18,461 nucleotides of DNA from Zymomonas mobilis subsp. mobilis ATCC 10988 (GCF_000175255.2 NC_017184.1:1-18461); one strand, 5' to 3'; counted from the first letter of the stretch, positions 7,979 through 16,111 are shown. The notes: generated from the letters alone by a model not told the origin. Program-made: numbers and translations.

Positions 7979-9484
7979 TCATGGACGCATCTGTCTTGTT
8001 TGGATAAGGAGGCGGGCGGTTTCATCTGGAGAGATAGCCATCCATCCATTGTTTTTCCGTTTATTTCTGTGGTTCAGGCAAGCGTTGATTTGATCGGGAC
8101 GATAACCGCGAGCTTTAAGAGTTAAGAGGAAAGGATCGTTATCAGGTTTTCGATCATCAATAGCGTCTGCACTGCCTGCTGCGGCAGGAGCAGTGCAGTC
8201 CTTATTCTCTTTTTCGTTTTTAAATTGATCGGAGCGGTTATTATTAAAATAATTATAACAGGATAGAGTATAAGAATTGAACTCGCGTTGATTGTCCGAA
8301 ATTTGGGGCTTTTTTGAGGTATCCTCCTTGGAGATTTTGGAAGATGTTTTAACCTCTTCCTGATCGGCCTGTACTGCCTTCTTAGCCTGCTCTTCTTGTT
8401 CCCATTGTTCCGCCCGCTCGATAGATTTAGCAAGCTGTATGAGCGAATCCGTTAGCTCTGTTGGCTCTTTATCGCCCGATATCGCTTTGACGAAATCTTC
8501 GGGCGGCAAGCTTTCAACGATAGCCTTGGTTTCGGCTTTGTCCGCCTCTTGGGCGTGGTCGATATCGTCAGGAATAGGCGCATTCCTCCGGCGCATGACA
8601 CGCTCGAAAACCTGTCTGGCCAAATCTGGCCAAGCCTTGGGAGACAAGAAGCCGTAGGCGTTACTGGTCTGCTTACGGCGGGGGCCTTTGCCATCCGCCT
8701 TGACCTTGATTGATCGACGTATCCAGCGGATGAAGCCTAAATCCTGTAATTGCCTCAGCAATTTGACGACCGTCGCACGGGCATAGCCGACACGATCGCA
8801 TATTGTGTCGAGGGTCGGCTCCAGACGGCCAGTTTTAAAGTCGACCATCCGAAACAGCATCTTTAGAAGACGAACGGCCTTATCGCTTAAACCCTTGGTT
8901 TTGATCGAATATTGATCGACCGCTTCCAAATAGGCACCGATCTCTTGCGGATTGACCGGCTTCCAGACTGACTTTTCGCGCTCGCCAACCTCATAAGAGT
9001 CACGATGCACAGGATCAGGAGTCCGACGGCGGGTTTTATAGCGGGTGGCTCGTTCGAGAGGGTCTTTGCGTCTCGCAATAGCTGTTTTACGGGCAATATC
9101 GGCAGCGGTTTCAGGATCAACGCCGTTTGATACCATCTGATCAAAATATTCGATTTCGTCAAAATCTGATGCAGAGGCTGTAATCTCACTATTGGTATTT
9201 GAGGCCGGAATTTCAGGATGAGCGCTATTGGCCAAGGGCATCGATTTAGAGAATGCGCGGTCTATTTTATGCTGTTCTGCGGCGTTATCCGCCATGATCT
9301 TTGCGCTGTCATATGGCATCCCCGTTTCGATTAACATGCTTCGATAAGTGCCACGCTTGAAACGCCCGAGCCTGTCGATAAAAGGACTGGTTTCGGGCGT
9401 CATTTCTTCAAAAGACGCAAAGGCAGGCTCTAAAGAAAAGACAGAGGCATCCGAGAGTGTCGCTGAAGAGGAAGAGGCGGTCAT
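7979..9484 (-). CDS. Plasmid replication protein (Rep 1, about 501 aa from the likely start)
   Basis: Core YSIKTKGLSDKAVRLLKMLFRMVDFKTGRLEPTLDTICDRVGYARATVVKLLRQLQDLGFIRWIRRSIK (wHTH-like); homologous to 16112-17236. Start placed at MTASSSSATLSD. Confidence 0.8.
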   Translation of the reverse strand: MTASSSSATLSDASVFSLEPAFASFEEMTPETSPFIDRLGRFKRGTYRSMLIETGMPYDSAKIMADNAAEQHKIDRAFSKSMPLANSAHPEIPASNTNSEITASASDFDEIEYFDQMVSNGVDPETAADIARKTAIARRKDPLERATRYKTRRRTPDPVHRDSYEVGEREKSVWKPVNPQEIGAYLEAVDQYSIKTKGLSDKAVRLLKMLFRMVDFKTGRLEPTLDTICDRVGYARATVVKLLRQLQDLGFIRWIRRSIKVKADGKGPRRKQTSNAYGFLSPKAWPDLARQVFERVMRRRNAPIPDDIDHAQEADKAETKAIVESLPPEDFVKAISGDKEPTELTDSLIQLAKSIERAEQWEQEEQAKKAVQADQEEVKTSSKISKEDTSKKPQISDNQREFNSYTLSCYNYFNNNRSDQFKNEKENKDCTAPAAAGSADAIDDRKPDNDPFLLTLKARGYRPDQINACLNHRNKRKNNGWMAISPDETARLLIQTRQMRP

Positions 9485-9590
9485 TGTGCGGGCTCCGGTC
9501 TTGGACGCAAAAAAGCCACAGCGAAGATTCTCCGCTGTGGCAGGCCTGAATTTGGGATAGATAAAAGCGAAGAGGCTGCGCCGGTTCTGA

Positions 9591-9842
9591 TCACGGAACA
9601 AGCTTCCGGCTCATTGCCCGATCATTGACGATCTGGTTGATCAGAATACGAATAGAATTTTCAGGATGCCCTTTCCGCGAACGGCTGACCGCGAGCTTGG
9701 CTTTCTTGATGTCGTATTTCTGACCTTTCAGATCACGATAAGCCTCGGCAATCTGGCCATCCAAACGCGCCTTTTCTTCTTCAAGACGGATAATGGATTG
9801 GAGCTTTTCAGTCAGCTCTTCGGTCGCATGAATAGAACTCAT
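9591..9842 (-). CDS. GapR-like / DUF2312-family protein
   Basis: 83 aa from MSSIHATEELTEKLQSIIRLEEEKARLDGQIAEAYRDLKGQKYDIKKAKLAVSRSRKG; matches the DUF2312 pattern RLEEEK...I..VY.EAK..G.D.K..R. Confidence 0.65.
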   Translation of the reverse strand: MSSIHATEELTEKLQSIIRLEEEKARLDGQIAEAYRDLKGQKYDIKKAKLAVSRSRKGHPENSIRILINQIVNDRAMSRKLVP

Positions 9843-9966
9843 AAGACGGTCTCTCCGGTGAGAAAATAAGGGATTGCCGAATAGGCATCGGCCAAGAACC
9901 CAAAATTGGAACTGGCGGAAACAGAACAGGTCTTTTCCAAATAGGAAAGGCTGAAAAAACAATGGG

Positions 9967-10284
9967 TCATAAGGATGACCCGAAATTTTCAATGAAGCCT
10001 GTCAAGCCGTCATTCGCCGTAGTTGCTGAACGCTTAATCACCTCGATAAGACTTAATATTTCAGTATTAAATCTTATTAATTCATCTTTTGAGACATTTT
10101 CTAGCAAGACATAAGAACGGGTCTCTTCTGCTTGTCGAATACATTCCAAACGATCCATAAGCAGACGAAGACCGCATTCCACCTGCCCCATATGAAGATA
10201 TAGGGCGTTGCTGATCTTCTGCTTGAATGTGCTGATCTCGCCATCGACTACAGAAGGCATATTTTCGGCTGCTTTAATTGTCAT
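9967..10284 (-). CDS. Hypothetical plasmid protein
   Basis: About 105 aa from MTIKAAENMPSVVDGEISTFKQKISNALYLHMG; no family recognised. The track gives a longer N-terminal option to 10350. Confidence 0.5.
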   Translation of the reverse strand: MTIKAAENMPSVVDGEISTFKQKISNALYLHMGQVECGLRLLMDRLECIRQAEETRSYVLLENVSKDELIRFNTEILSLIEVIKRSATTANDGLTGFIENFGSSL

Positions 10285-10767
10285 TTTGGCACAACTTTGG
10301 CTTCGATGATTGGGGAGAATTCGGAGCAAATTTGAAAGAATTTCGCTCATGTGCAGAACGCAGAAAGATCATCTGCAATAAGAAACGATGGATATCTCGC
10401 CTCCTCAAATTCGACATAGATACCCTTAATTTTGGACTAGACAGCTCCTGAAATCGCATACAGAAAAGAAAGAAATCAGGAAGCATATCTGATAGGACAG
10501 CCGACTGCGAAATCATCCTACAAAGCTTTACTAATATTTAATAAAAATTCACAAAAACATTTTTTATTGACTCTTGTTATCCCAGACATGCTACCACCTG
10601 TTTTATGGATTCTTTAAGATTCGCCTGTAACTTAGATGTGGTTATTACAGATAATAACCATTTCAACAAGAAATTTTTATATATTTTTATAAACACCCGT
10701 TATCTTTTTAAAAAAACCATTATTTTTGGTCTCTTATTTGCTGCTTAGAGATTAGGCTGATTGTAAA

Positions 10768-11241
10768 ATGCTGATTATGACGAGACATGCATCATCTGAA
10801 ACAACAAAGATCGAAAAGGTGCGGCAATGGCTCCGTGAGGAAAGAAATTCTCGCGGATGGAGTGCAAATAGGCTTGCAAAAGAAGCCAAACTCTCGGCAG
10901 AAGCTCGTGGCAAAATATCAGATATCAAACAGCAAACTATATCTGCATTTGAAAATGGACAGACAAAAGGTATCCCAGAATGGGTAACTTTTGTAGCAGA
11001 CGCGTTTGAAGATCATCCAACACCTTCGGTAATAAAGAATATTACTGAGTCAAAATGCACGGAAACCTCGGTAAAATTACCTACTCAAACAGAACTCCGG
11101 AAAATGCTGCTTGGTTTGTTAGCTCCGATGGAAATCGGAAGCCCAGACTCATGGAATCTTAAACAAAAAATAGCATCATCGCTTGCGCAAAGACTACCTA
11201 TTGTGATGACGCAACCGCAGATATTCCATACCGAGATTTAA
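10768..11241 (+). CDS. XRE-type HTH transcriptional regulator
   Basis: VRQWLREERNSRGWSANRLAKEAKLSAEARGKISDIKQQTISAFENGQTKGIPEWVTFVADAF is a helix-turn-helix. Confidence 0.75.
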   Translation: MLIMTRHASSETTKIEKVRQWLREERNSRGWSANRLAKEAKLSAEARGKISDIKQQTISAFENGQTKGIPEWVTFVADAFEDHPTPSVIKNITESKCTETSVKLPTQTELRKMLLGLLAPMEIGSPDSWNLKQKIASSLAQRLPIVMTQPQIFHTEI

Positions 11242-11351
11242 TATCATCTCTTCCTGAATAACTAATATTCCTAACATGTTGGTTATTCAGAGAAATTTCC
11301 GAATGCCGCGTCCATGATTTTATAGAGAGCGCCCTGCCTTAGTTATTCTAT

Positions 11352-11586
11352 GCGACACATCGGCTTAAAACAGGAAGCGTCTGCTTTCTTCAAAAGCCTT
11401 GGTCTGACTGCATCTGATGCTGTCCGCATGATGCCTGATAAAAGTCGTTCAAGACAAAGCTCTGCCTTTTGATCCTTTGTTCCAAACAAAAAGACATTGA
11501 TTGCTATGAAAGACGCACGCGTCAGTAAATTAAAAAAATTCGACAGCACTCAATCTCTGATGGATGATCTTTATGCGGAGGATTGA
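11352..11586 (+). pseudogene. dinJ: Degraded DinJ/RelB-type antitoxin
   Basis: Split frames read IGLKQEASAFFKSLGLTASDAVRMM / KVVQDKALPFDPLF / PNKKTLIAMKDARVSKLKKFDSTQSLMDDLYAED*, parallel to the intact antitoxin at 17774-18061. Confidence 0.85.
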
Positions 11587-11640
11587 ACAAACATCTCAAT
11601 TTAAACGCGATTATATAAAGAGAATAAAAGCCAGATCCGC
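11587..11640 (+). pseudogene. yafQ: N-terminal scrap of a YafQ-like toxin
   Basis: EQTSQFKRDYIKRIKARSAVR directly follows the dinJ remnant and is cut by the start of repeat copy 2. Confidence 0.6.
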
Positions 11641-11877
11641 AGTTAGATAAACTGCTTTAGCACGGAATAATATAGCTCATTAAATTCTGTAATATTACTT
11701 CAGAAGTGTTTTTTCAGCCCCCTTGCGTTCGATGCCAGCCAAGTCCCCAGTAAAATTGACCCCCTATTTTTTGCTCAAAGCTGTCAGCTCAAACGCACCC
11801 TAAATCTCTCGTATTTAGCCCTATAAAGCAGCATATAGCTAAAAATAAGTGGATACCCTCATCTCATTTCATCTCAA
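11641..11877. repeat. Copy 2 of the ~237-bp dispersed repeat
   Basis: AGTTAGATAAACTGCTTTAGCACGGAATAATAT ... CCCTCATCTCATTTCATCTCAA. Confidence 0.85.
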
Positions 11878-11939
11878 AAGCGAGAGGACGTCTAAGCATA
11901 GGAACCTTACTTGTAAAACTACCGCTGCTTCAATCAAAG

Positions 11940-12190
11940 GCTTCCTTGCCATCCCCTTTCTTCACCAACTGCTTGGCTATGATCCCGATAATCGTAATAT
12001 CCACTATATATATTGTCAGTCATAGTCAGAACCAAGGCCAATCAAGCTTTCTAAAAAAGTATCCCAGACACCCTGTTTGCCCATTTGTGGAACCGAACAT
12101 AGACAGAATTCCATTTTCTATAGTGTTATCTATGCCTCGCCATAGGCAACCTATTCGAAGGGCATAAAGCACCCCGTTAAAATTCGAACC
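11940..12190 (-). pseudogene. Decayed IS5-type transposase fragment
   Basis: Minus-strand pieces in shifting frames: NGVLYALRIGCLWRG; NSVYVRFHKWAN; VWDTFLESLIGLG; IVDITII; HSQAV. Same order as IS5-family N-terminal/first-Asp region. Confidence 0.65.
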
Positions 12191-12591
12191 GATTACCTTG
12201 ACACTGATGCCACTAGCGGATTCGTTAGCTTGAGAAAAAATCATCTATAACCAGCAACCCTCGTCGCTCAGGTCTCCATGCATCCAATCTGTTTCCTAAA
12301 AACTCGATTTCAAATTACTCTTTCAAATATTTATAAATTTTTTATCAAATGAACTTAAAATAATGGAGTTTAGTGTTTTGGATGGAATATTTTCCTGAAA
12401 AATACTACATTTTTATTATAAACTTAAATAATTAATAATTATATATCCATATATTATTATAATAAATATTTAACCAATACGGTATTTAAAATCATATATT
12501 TTTATATATTTAGGTATTATTTAATCATTACAATTTATTTATATTTATTATTGAAAAATGGATTTTTCCAAAAATTGGAGGTTTCTCTATA

Positions 12592-13371
12592 ATGTTGAAA
12601 TATTTTTCACTTGTTCTGATGTCTATAATGGCATGTTGTTGGCAGACATCTGCATGGGCAGGCCAATGTTATAATTTGGAACGGAAAGAACCCTCCCAGT
12701 TAACAGGTATCATCGAATATATTATTTTCCCGGGCCCGCCCAATTATGAAGATGTTCAAAATGGAGATACACCAGAACCTAGTTACGTTTTAAAGCTTAG
12801 TAATCCGATTTGTCTTTCCGGTGATGAGTTCGCTGACCCCAAAAATCATTTCCAATCGGTTCAATTAGTTGGAACCAAGGCAACATCAAAACTGCTTCAG
12901 CAATTTTTGCATAAAAATGTGACTGTACAGCTTACCGATACTATGGCTGCAGCAACAGGACACCACCACGAACCCTTAGTAGCGACTGTAACGGCGGTTC
13001 GTCCTGTGTCTTATTCCGCTCCACAAGCCAAAGCCATGGACTTTATAGATGAATATGGAACGGCAGCGACAACGATACGGGCATTTTATACCGCATTAGG
13101 AGATGGGCAAGGTGCCGCAGCTTCTGCCTTAGTAGTCCCAGAAAAACGCTCGACGCCCGCCTTTTTGGCTTCAAATCTTACCAAATTTTATGGGAGTCTG
13201 ACTGATCGGATACAATTACTGGATATTGCCCAAGAAAGCACGAATATCTTTATTGTGCGTTATCATTATGCCGCAAAATCGCATATCTGTAATGGCAGAG
13301 CATCTATTATGACCTCCATGCGGAATGGTCGGAATTTCATACAGTCTATTCATGCATTGAATGGCTGCTAG
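12592..13371 (+). CDS. Secreted DUF4431-like protein
   Basis: 259 aa with signal peptide (MLKYFSLVLMSIMACCWQTSAWAG), a central segment YVLKLSNPICLSGDEF...VQLVG...KNVTVQLTDTMAAATGHHHEPLVATVTAV, and terminal Cys. Confidence 0.7.
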   Translation: MLKYFSLVLMSIMACCWQTSAWAGQCYNLERKEPSQLTGIIEYIIFPGPPNYEDVQNGDTPEPSYVLKLSNPICLSGDEFADPKNHFQSVQLVGTKATSKLLQQFLHKNVTVQLTDTMAAATGHHHEPLVATVTAVRPVSYSAPQAKAMDFIDEYGTAATTIRAFYTALGDGQGAAASALVVPEKRSTPAFLASNLTKFYGSLTDRIQLLDIAQESTNIFIVRYHYAAKSHICNGRASIMTSMRNGRNFIQSIHALNGC

Positions 13372-13419
13372 CTTTTATTGAAAAACGACTATCACACCAT
13401 GATTCTTATTTGAAATAAG

Positions 13420-13465
13420 TATACATTCAGCGTATTATTGGTAGCAAATATATGCTGAATGTATA
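13420..13465. promoter_or_regulatory. Inverted repeat upstream of dinJ, likely operator
   Basis: TATACATTCAGC (13420-13431) / GCTGAATGTATA (13454-13465): perfect 12-nt arms, 22-nt spacer, starting 61 bp before the ATG. Confidence 0.7.
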
Positions 13466-13480
13466 TCAATAGGTGTAAAA

Positions 13481-13762
13481 ATGGCGACAACAAGTTTCAA
13501 TCTGCGATTGGATCAGGATTTGCGGGATCGAGCCTTTCCGGTATTAGAGCGTTATGGATTAAGCGCAGCGCAGGCATTTAAGTTATTTTTAAATCAAGTG
13601 GCCGAGACCAAAACGATTCCGCTATCTTTCGATTATGCTAAAGATGAGCCCAATATGACCACGCAAAAAGCGATGCTGGAGGCATTAAGGCGCACTGATT
13701 TTTCGGAAGCCTTTACGGCAGCAGAGGCCTTGAAAGTATTACAAGAGAACCATGATGCGTAA
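13481..13762 (+). CDS. dinJ: DinJ/RelB-like antitoxin
   Basis: 93 aa: TTSFNLRLDQDLRDRAFPVLERYGLSAAQAFKLFLNQVAETKTIPLSFDY. Confidence 0.9.
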   Translation: MATTSFNLRLDQDLRDRAFPVLERYGLSAAQAFKLFLNQVAETKTIPLSFDYAKDEPNMTTQKAMLEALRRTDFSEAFTAAEALKVLQENHDA

Positions 13763-13811
13763 GGTCTTGCTTGAAAAACCATTCAAAAAAGACGCTAAAA
13801 AGAATTTTCTA
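13759..13811 (+). pseudogene. yafQ: YafQ-like toxin truncated after ~18 codons by an IS fragment
   Basis: MRKVLLEKPFKKDAKKNFL starts with ATG overlapping the dinJ end, then breaks at a CTAG/IS-end junction (CTAGGTTCTGTTGACAAAG). Confidence 0.75.
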
Positions 13812-14000
13812 GGTTCTGTTGACAAAGGAAGGCGAGGAAAGATTTTCTGGTTTTGTCATAGCGTGTGGCAATGTGTCTGAGCTGCTTCAGCTTATTAAAC
13901 ATCCGCTCAATACAATTACGATCTTTGTAGTACTGGAGATTATAAGGAATATACTTTTTTCGATTGGAACGAGGCGGGATAACAGGAAGGATGCCTCGAA
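13812..14000 (-). pseudogene. C-terminal fragment of a different IS5-family transposase plus its terminal repeat
   Basis: Minus strand: LFRGILPVIPPRSNRKKYIPYNLQYYKDRNCIERMFNKLKQLRHIATRYDKTRKSFLAFLCQQN; one end GGTTCTGTTGAC at a CTAG. Confidence 0.85.
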
Positions 14001-14007
14001 AGAGTTG

Positions 14008-14340
14008 TTATCCAACAAGCAGCCGCACACGTTGCCGAATTTCTTCGAGTTCACCCGCAGATACTTTGCCTTTGCGTTTTGCATTTCGAGCGCGATAATC
14101 AAGACTTCTGACCTGATCGCATAAAACAACGCTTTCCTTTTTTCCAGCAATCAAGACCTCGAAAGGATAGCCTTTGATCTTGGTCGTTGTTGGGCAGCAA
14201 ATCATCATGCCTGCTTTAGCATTGTAAGAAGCCGGACTAAGCACAACCGCAGGTCTATGACCCGATTGTTCTCTGCCAGCCTGCGGGTCAAAATCAAGCC
14301 AGACAATATCACCGCTATCAGGAATAAAAGCACTCACCAA
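14008..14340 (-). CDS. mazF: MazF/PemK-family toxin
   Basis: 110 aa: FIPDSGDIVWLDFDPQAGREQSGHRPAVVLSPASYNAKAGMMICCPTTTKIKGYPFEVLI. Confidence 0.95.
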   Translation of the reverse strand: MVSAFIPDSGDIVWLDFDPQAGREQSGHRPAVVLSPASYNAKAGMMICCPTTTKIKGYPFEVLIAGKKESVVLCDQVRSLDYRARNAKRKGKVSAGELEEIRQRVRLLVG

Positions 14341-14564
14341 CTTTCACCGCCAACCGGCTGACCAAAATCTATTTCACCATGTCTATTATCATCCGTAATA
14401 CCAGAGACCAGAGCCTCAAGAGTAAGAGCAGGAGTTATAGTAATCCGACCGCCTTCTTCCTGAATTTCAACTAGTTGGTTAAGCTGCAAGCAAGAGGCTT
14501 CGATAATATTAGCAGGGAGGCGAACGGCTGCGCTGTTACCCCATTTTCTGACAATTCCGAGCAT
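14334..14564 (-). CDS. mazE: MazE-like antitoxin (AbrB/SpoVT fold)
   Basis: 76 aa: MLGIVRKWGNSAAVRLPANIIEASCLQLNQLVEIQEEGGRITITPA; overlaps mazF. Confidence 0.93.
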   Translation of the reverse strand: MLGIVRKWGNSAAVRLPANIIEASCLQLNQLVEIQEEGGRITITPALTLEALVSGITDDNRHGEIDFGQPVGGESW

Positions 14565-14813
14565 GTCCGAATCCTCTTATAATAGTTAATACAATGTATA
14601 TACATATAAACAGAAAAAGAAGCAAGAAACGGCATCAAAAACCATTGCACTGTGTAATAGCCGACATCTCGATGTGGTTAAGCGTGGTCTAGGAGACAAA
14701 ACGCTTAAATGCCCTATTTATAAGGAGAAATGTGGCGAAGCTGCTGCTAAAAAAGTCAAAATAATATAATACTTTATAAGTATAAGACATCGAAATAAGA
14801 AAGTGAGCAAAAT

Positions 14814-15161
14814 ATGAATTTTTCTAGCACCTATTTTTTTATAAGTGTTGGAATTTGCTTTTTCGCTTTTTTTGAAAGCCTTGGATACAAATTTTTTGGT
14901 GTCAAAGATAACTCGAAAAGAGTCGGTTCTTTCTTGAGATGTCTCCTCTTGCTTCTCACTCCATTCGCGGCTTGTATTATAAAATTATGGGCAACTATCC
15001 ACCACCCAACCTACTTAGTCTTTAAGGGTTTCTACATGGGGGTTTACGCATTTGTTGCGCTATACAGTTTTGCAATATTTCTATTCCCAACAAAAATAAC
15101 TATCCCCCCTTTTCTAATAAAAATCACAAACAAGTTTTATGCGGCTATTCCTTCTATCTAA
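14814..15161 (+). CDS. Hypothetical multi-span membrane protein
   Basis: 115 aa with several hydrophobic stretches; no family recognised. Confidence 0.45.
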   Translation: MNFSSTYFFISVGICFFAFFESLGYKFFGVKDNSKRVGSFLRCLLLLLTPFAACIIKLWATIHHPTYLVFKGFYMGVYAFVALYSFAIFLFPTKITIPPFLIKITNKFYAAIPSI

Positions 15162-15165
15162 TGGG

Positions 15166-15552
15166 CTATTTTGGTTTTGCTGGAATAATATTCCTTAGCT
15201 GATCGAGTAGGTCGGATATCTCGTCTTGACGGCTTAGTATTTTGTGAAGAGCTGATCGGACATCTGCCTCCGAAACAGCCTCACCTGGAGCGTCTACTAG
15301 ACACATTTTCAATAACCCACCTAGTCGGCCAAGATCCCCCCGGAGATAAGCGACTTGCAAAAAGGTGTCTTGTTCAATTCGGCTAGGCGGATTGTGACCC
15401 AGTGCTAATTCTCGAAGAAGGGTTGATACTGGCAAGCGAACTTTTTCTGCTGTCCTCTTAATCTGATCGTATTCCTCTATAGTCATTCTGACTGGAACAG
15501 ATTTCTGCGCCCTCGGTCCGACATTTTTATTCCATTGTTTTTCAATTTTCAT
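15166..15552 (-). CDS. TraJ/MobC-like oriT-binding mobilisation accessory protein
   Basis: SVPVRMTIEEYDQIKRTAEKVRLPVSTLLRELALGHNPPS...LRGDLGRLGGLLKMCLVD...LHKILSRQDEISDLLDQL is the MOBP TraJ/MobC pattern. Start placed at MKIEKQW. Confidence 0.8.
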   Translation of the reverse strand: MKIEKQWNKNVGPRAQKSVPVRMTIEEYDQIKRTAEKVRLPVSTLLRELALGHNPPSRIEQDTFLQVAYLRGDLGRLGGLLKMCLVDAPGEAVSEADVRSALHKILSRQDEISDLLDQLRNIIPAKPK

Positions 15553-15599
15553 CAGACGTGCCAGTCTTATTTCCGTTGAGCCGAAGGCGAATAAGGTTT

Positions 15600-15628
15600 G
15601 TTGCCGTATATACGGCAACCCATCTTGC
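15600..15628 (+). promoter_or_regulatory. oriT: Candidate oriT: perfect palindrome followed by a MOBP-like nic site
   Basis: GTTGCCGTATATACGGCAAC (15600-15619), then CCATCTTG|C, close to the MOBP nic consensus YATCCTG|Y with one mismatch, between traJ-like and traK-like genes. Confidence 0.65.
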
Positions 15629-15644
15629 CTTCAAAAGGGGAGAA

Positions 15645-15738
15645 ATTTAGTTACATTTAGTTTCATTCTAGTTCAGCCTTTATTCTATGTAATTAAATGA
15701 ACTTAAGTGACCTTAATTAAAACTAAGTGTAACTAAAT
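15645..15738. repeat. 19-bp inverted repeat (18/19) in the oriT/traK intergenic region
   Basis: ATTTAGTTACATTTAGTTT (15645-15663) / AAACTAAGTGTAACTAAAT (15720-15738). Confidence 0.65.
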
Positions 15739-15767
15739 GAAGCAAAATCAAATAGGATAGGTTCAAA

Positions 15768-15950
15768 ATGGAGAGAAATCGGCGCGGCATGGTAAAAGTA
15801 AGATTTTTTGCCCGAAAAGATTTTATTTTTAGGAAATTAGAAAAAGGTTATTCCCGCCAGATGATCTTTGACGAGATCGGTAAAGAACTGGACTGCACCT
15901 ATGAATGGTTTTGCCGGTTAATAAAAAAGGTAGAGACAGGAACGCTATAA
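15768..15950 (+). CDS. TraK-like mobilisation accessory protein, short
   Basis: 60 aa: VKVRFFARKDFIFRKLEKGYSRQMIFDEIGKELDCTYEWFCRLIKKVE, similar to the TraK/DUF5338 pattern; divergent from the TraJ-like gene as in IncP Tra1. Confidence 0.6.
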   Translation: MERNRRGMVKVRFFARKDFIFRKLEKGYSRQMIFDEIGKELDCTYEWFCRLIKKVETGTL

Positions 15951-16041
15951 TTGACCGAGAAAAAAGGAAACTTTATTCCCCTTCCTAAACAAAATATGCG
16001 TTTAATCGTCCGTAAAGCAACATAGGAAGCCCTATACTTTC

Positions 16042-16071
16042 TTCGCCTAGCCTGTGAGCGAAGCGAACAGC
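16042..16071. repeat. Conserved ~30-bp element downstream of rep 2 (TCGCCTAGCCTGTGAGCGAAGCGAACAGC)
   Basis: Near-identical to 7899-7930. Confidence 0.7.
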
Positions 16072-16111
16072 TTTCTGTCTTCTAAGTGTATTTGAAAGCT
16101 TTTGGGTATAA

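Noticed and set aside
7843-8049. 68-aa minus-strand ORF
   Set aside because: Overlaps the rep 1 3' end and the conserved downstream element; no protein similarity recognised.
8122-9560. Several small ORFs overlapping rep 1 (8122-8433, 8439-8657, 8452-8694, 8887-9189, 9348-9560)
   Set aside because: Out-of-frame or antisense within a convincing long Rep frame.
11343-12244. ORFs 11343-11549 (-), 11946-12167 (+) and 12026-12244 (-) as real genes
   Set aside because: They cover pseudogene remnants (dinJ and IS5 transposase); only short pieces match, in shifting frames.
13819-14150. ORFs 13819-14124 (+) and 13887-14150 (-)
   Set aside because: Shadow frames over the IS5 transposase fragment and the mazF 3' end. 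The true homology is in another minus-strand frame.
15745-15765. Alternative nic site: minus strand AACCTATCCTATT resembles the RP4 sequence ACCTATCCTG
   Set aside because: Lacks an adjacent inverted repeat and the conserved TG at the cleavage point; the 15600-15628 site has the expected architecture.
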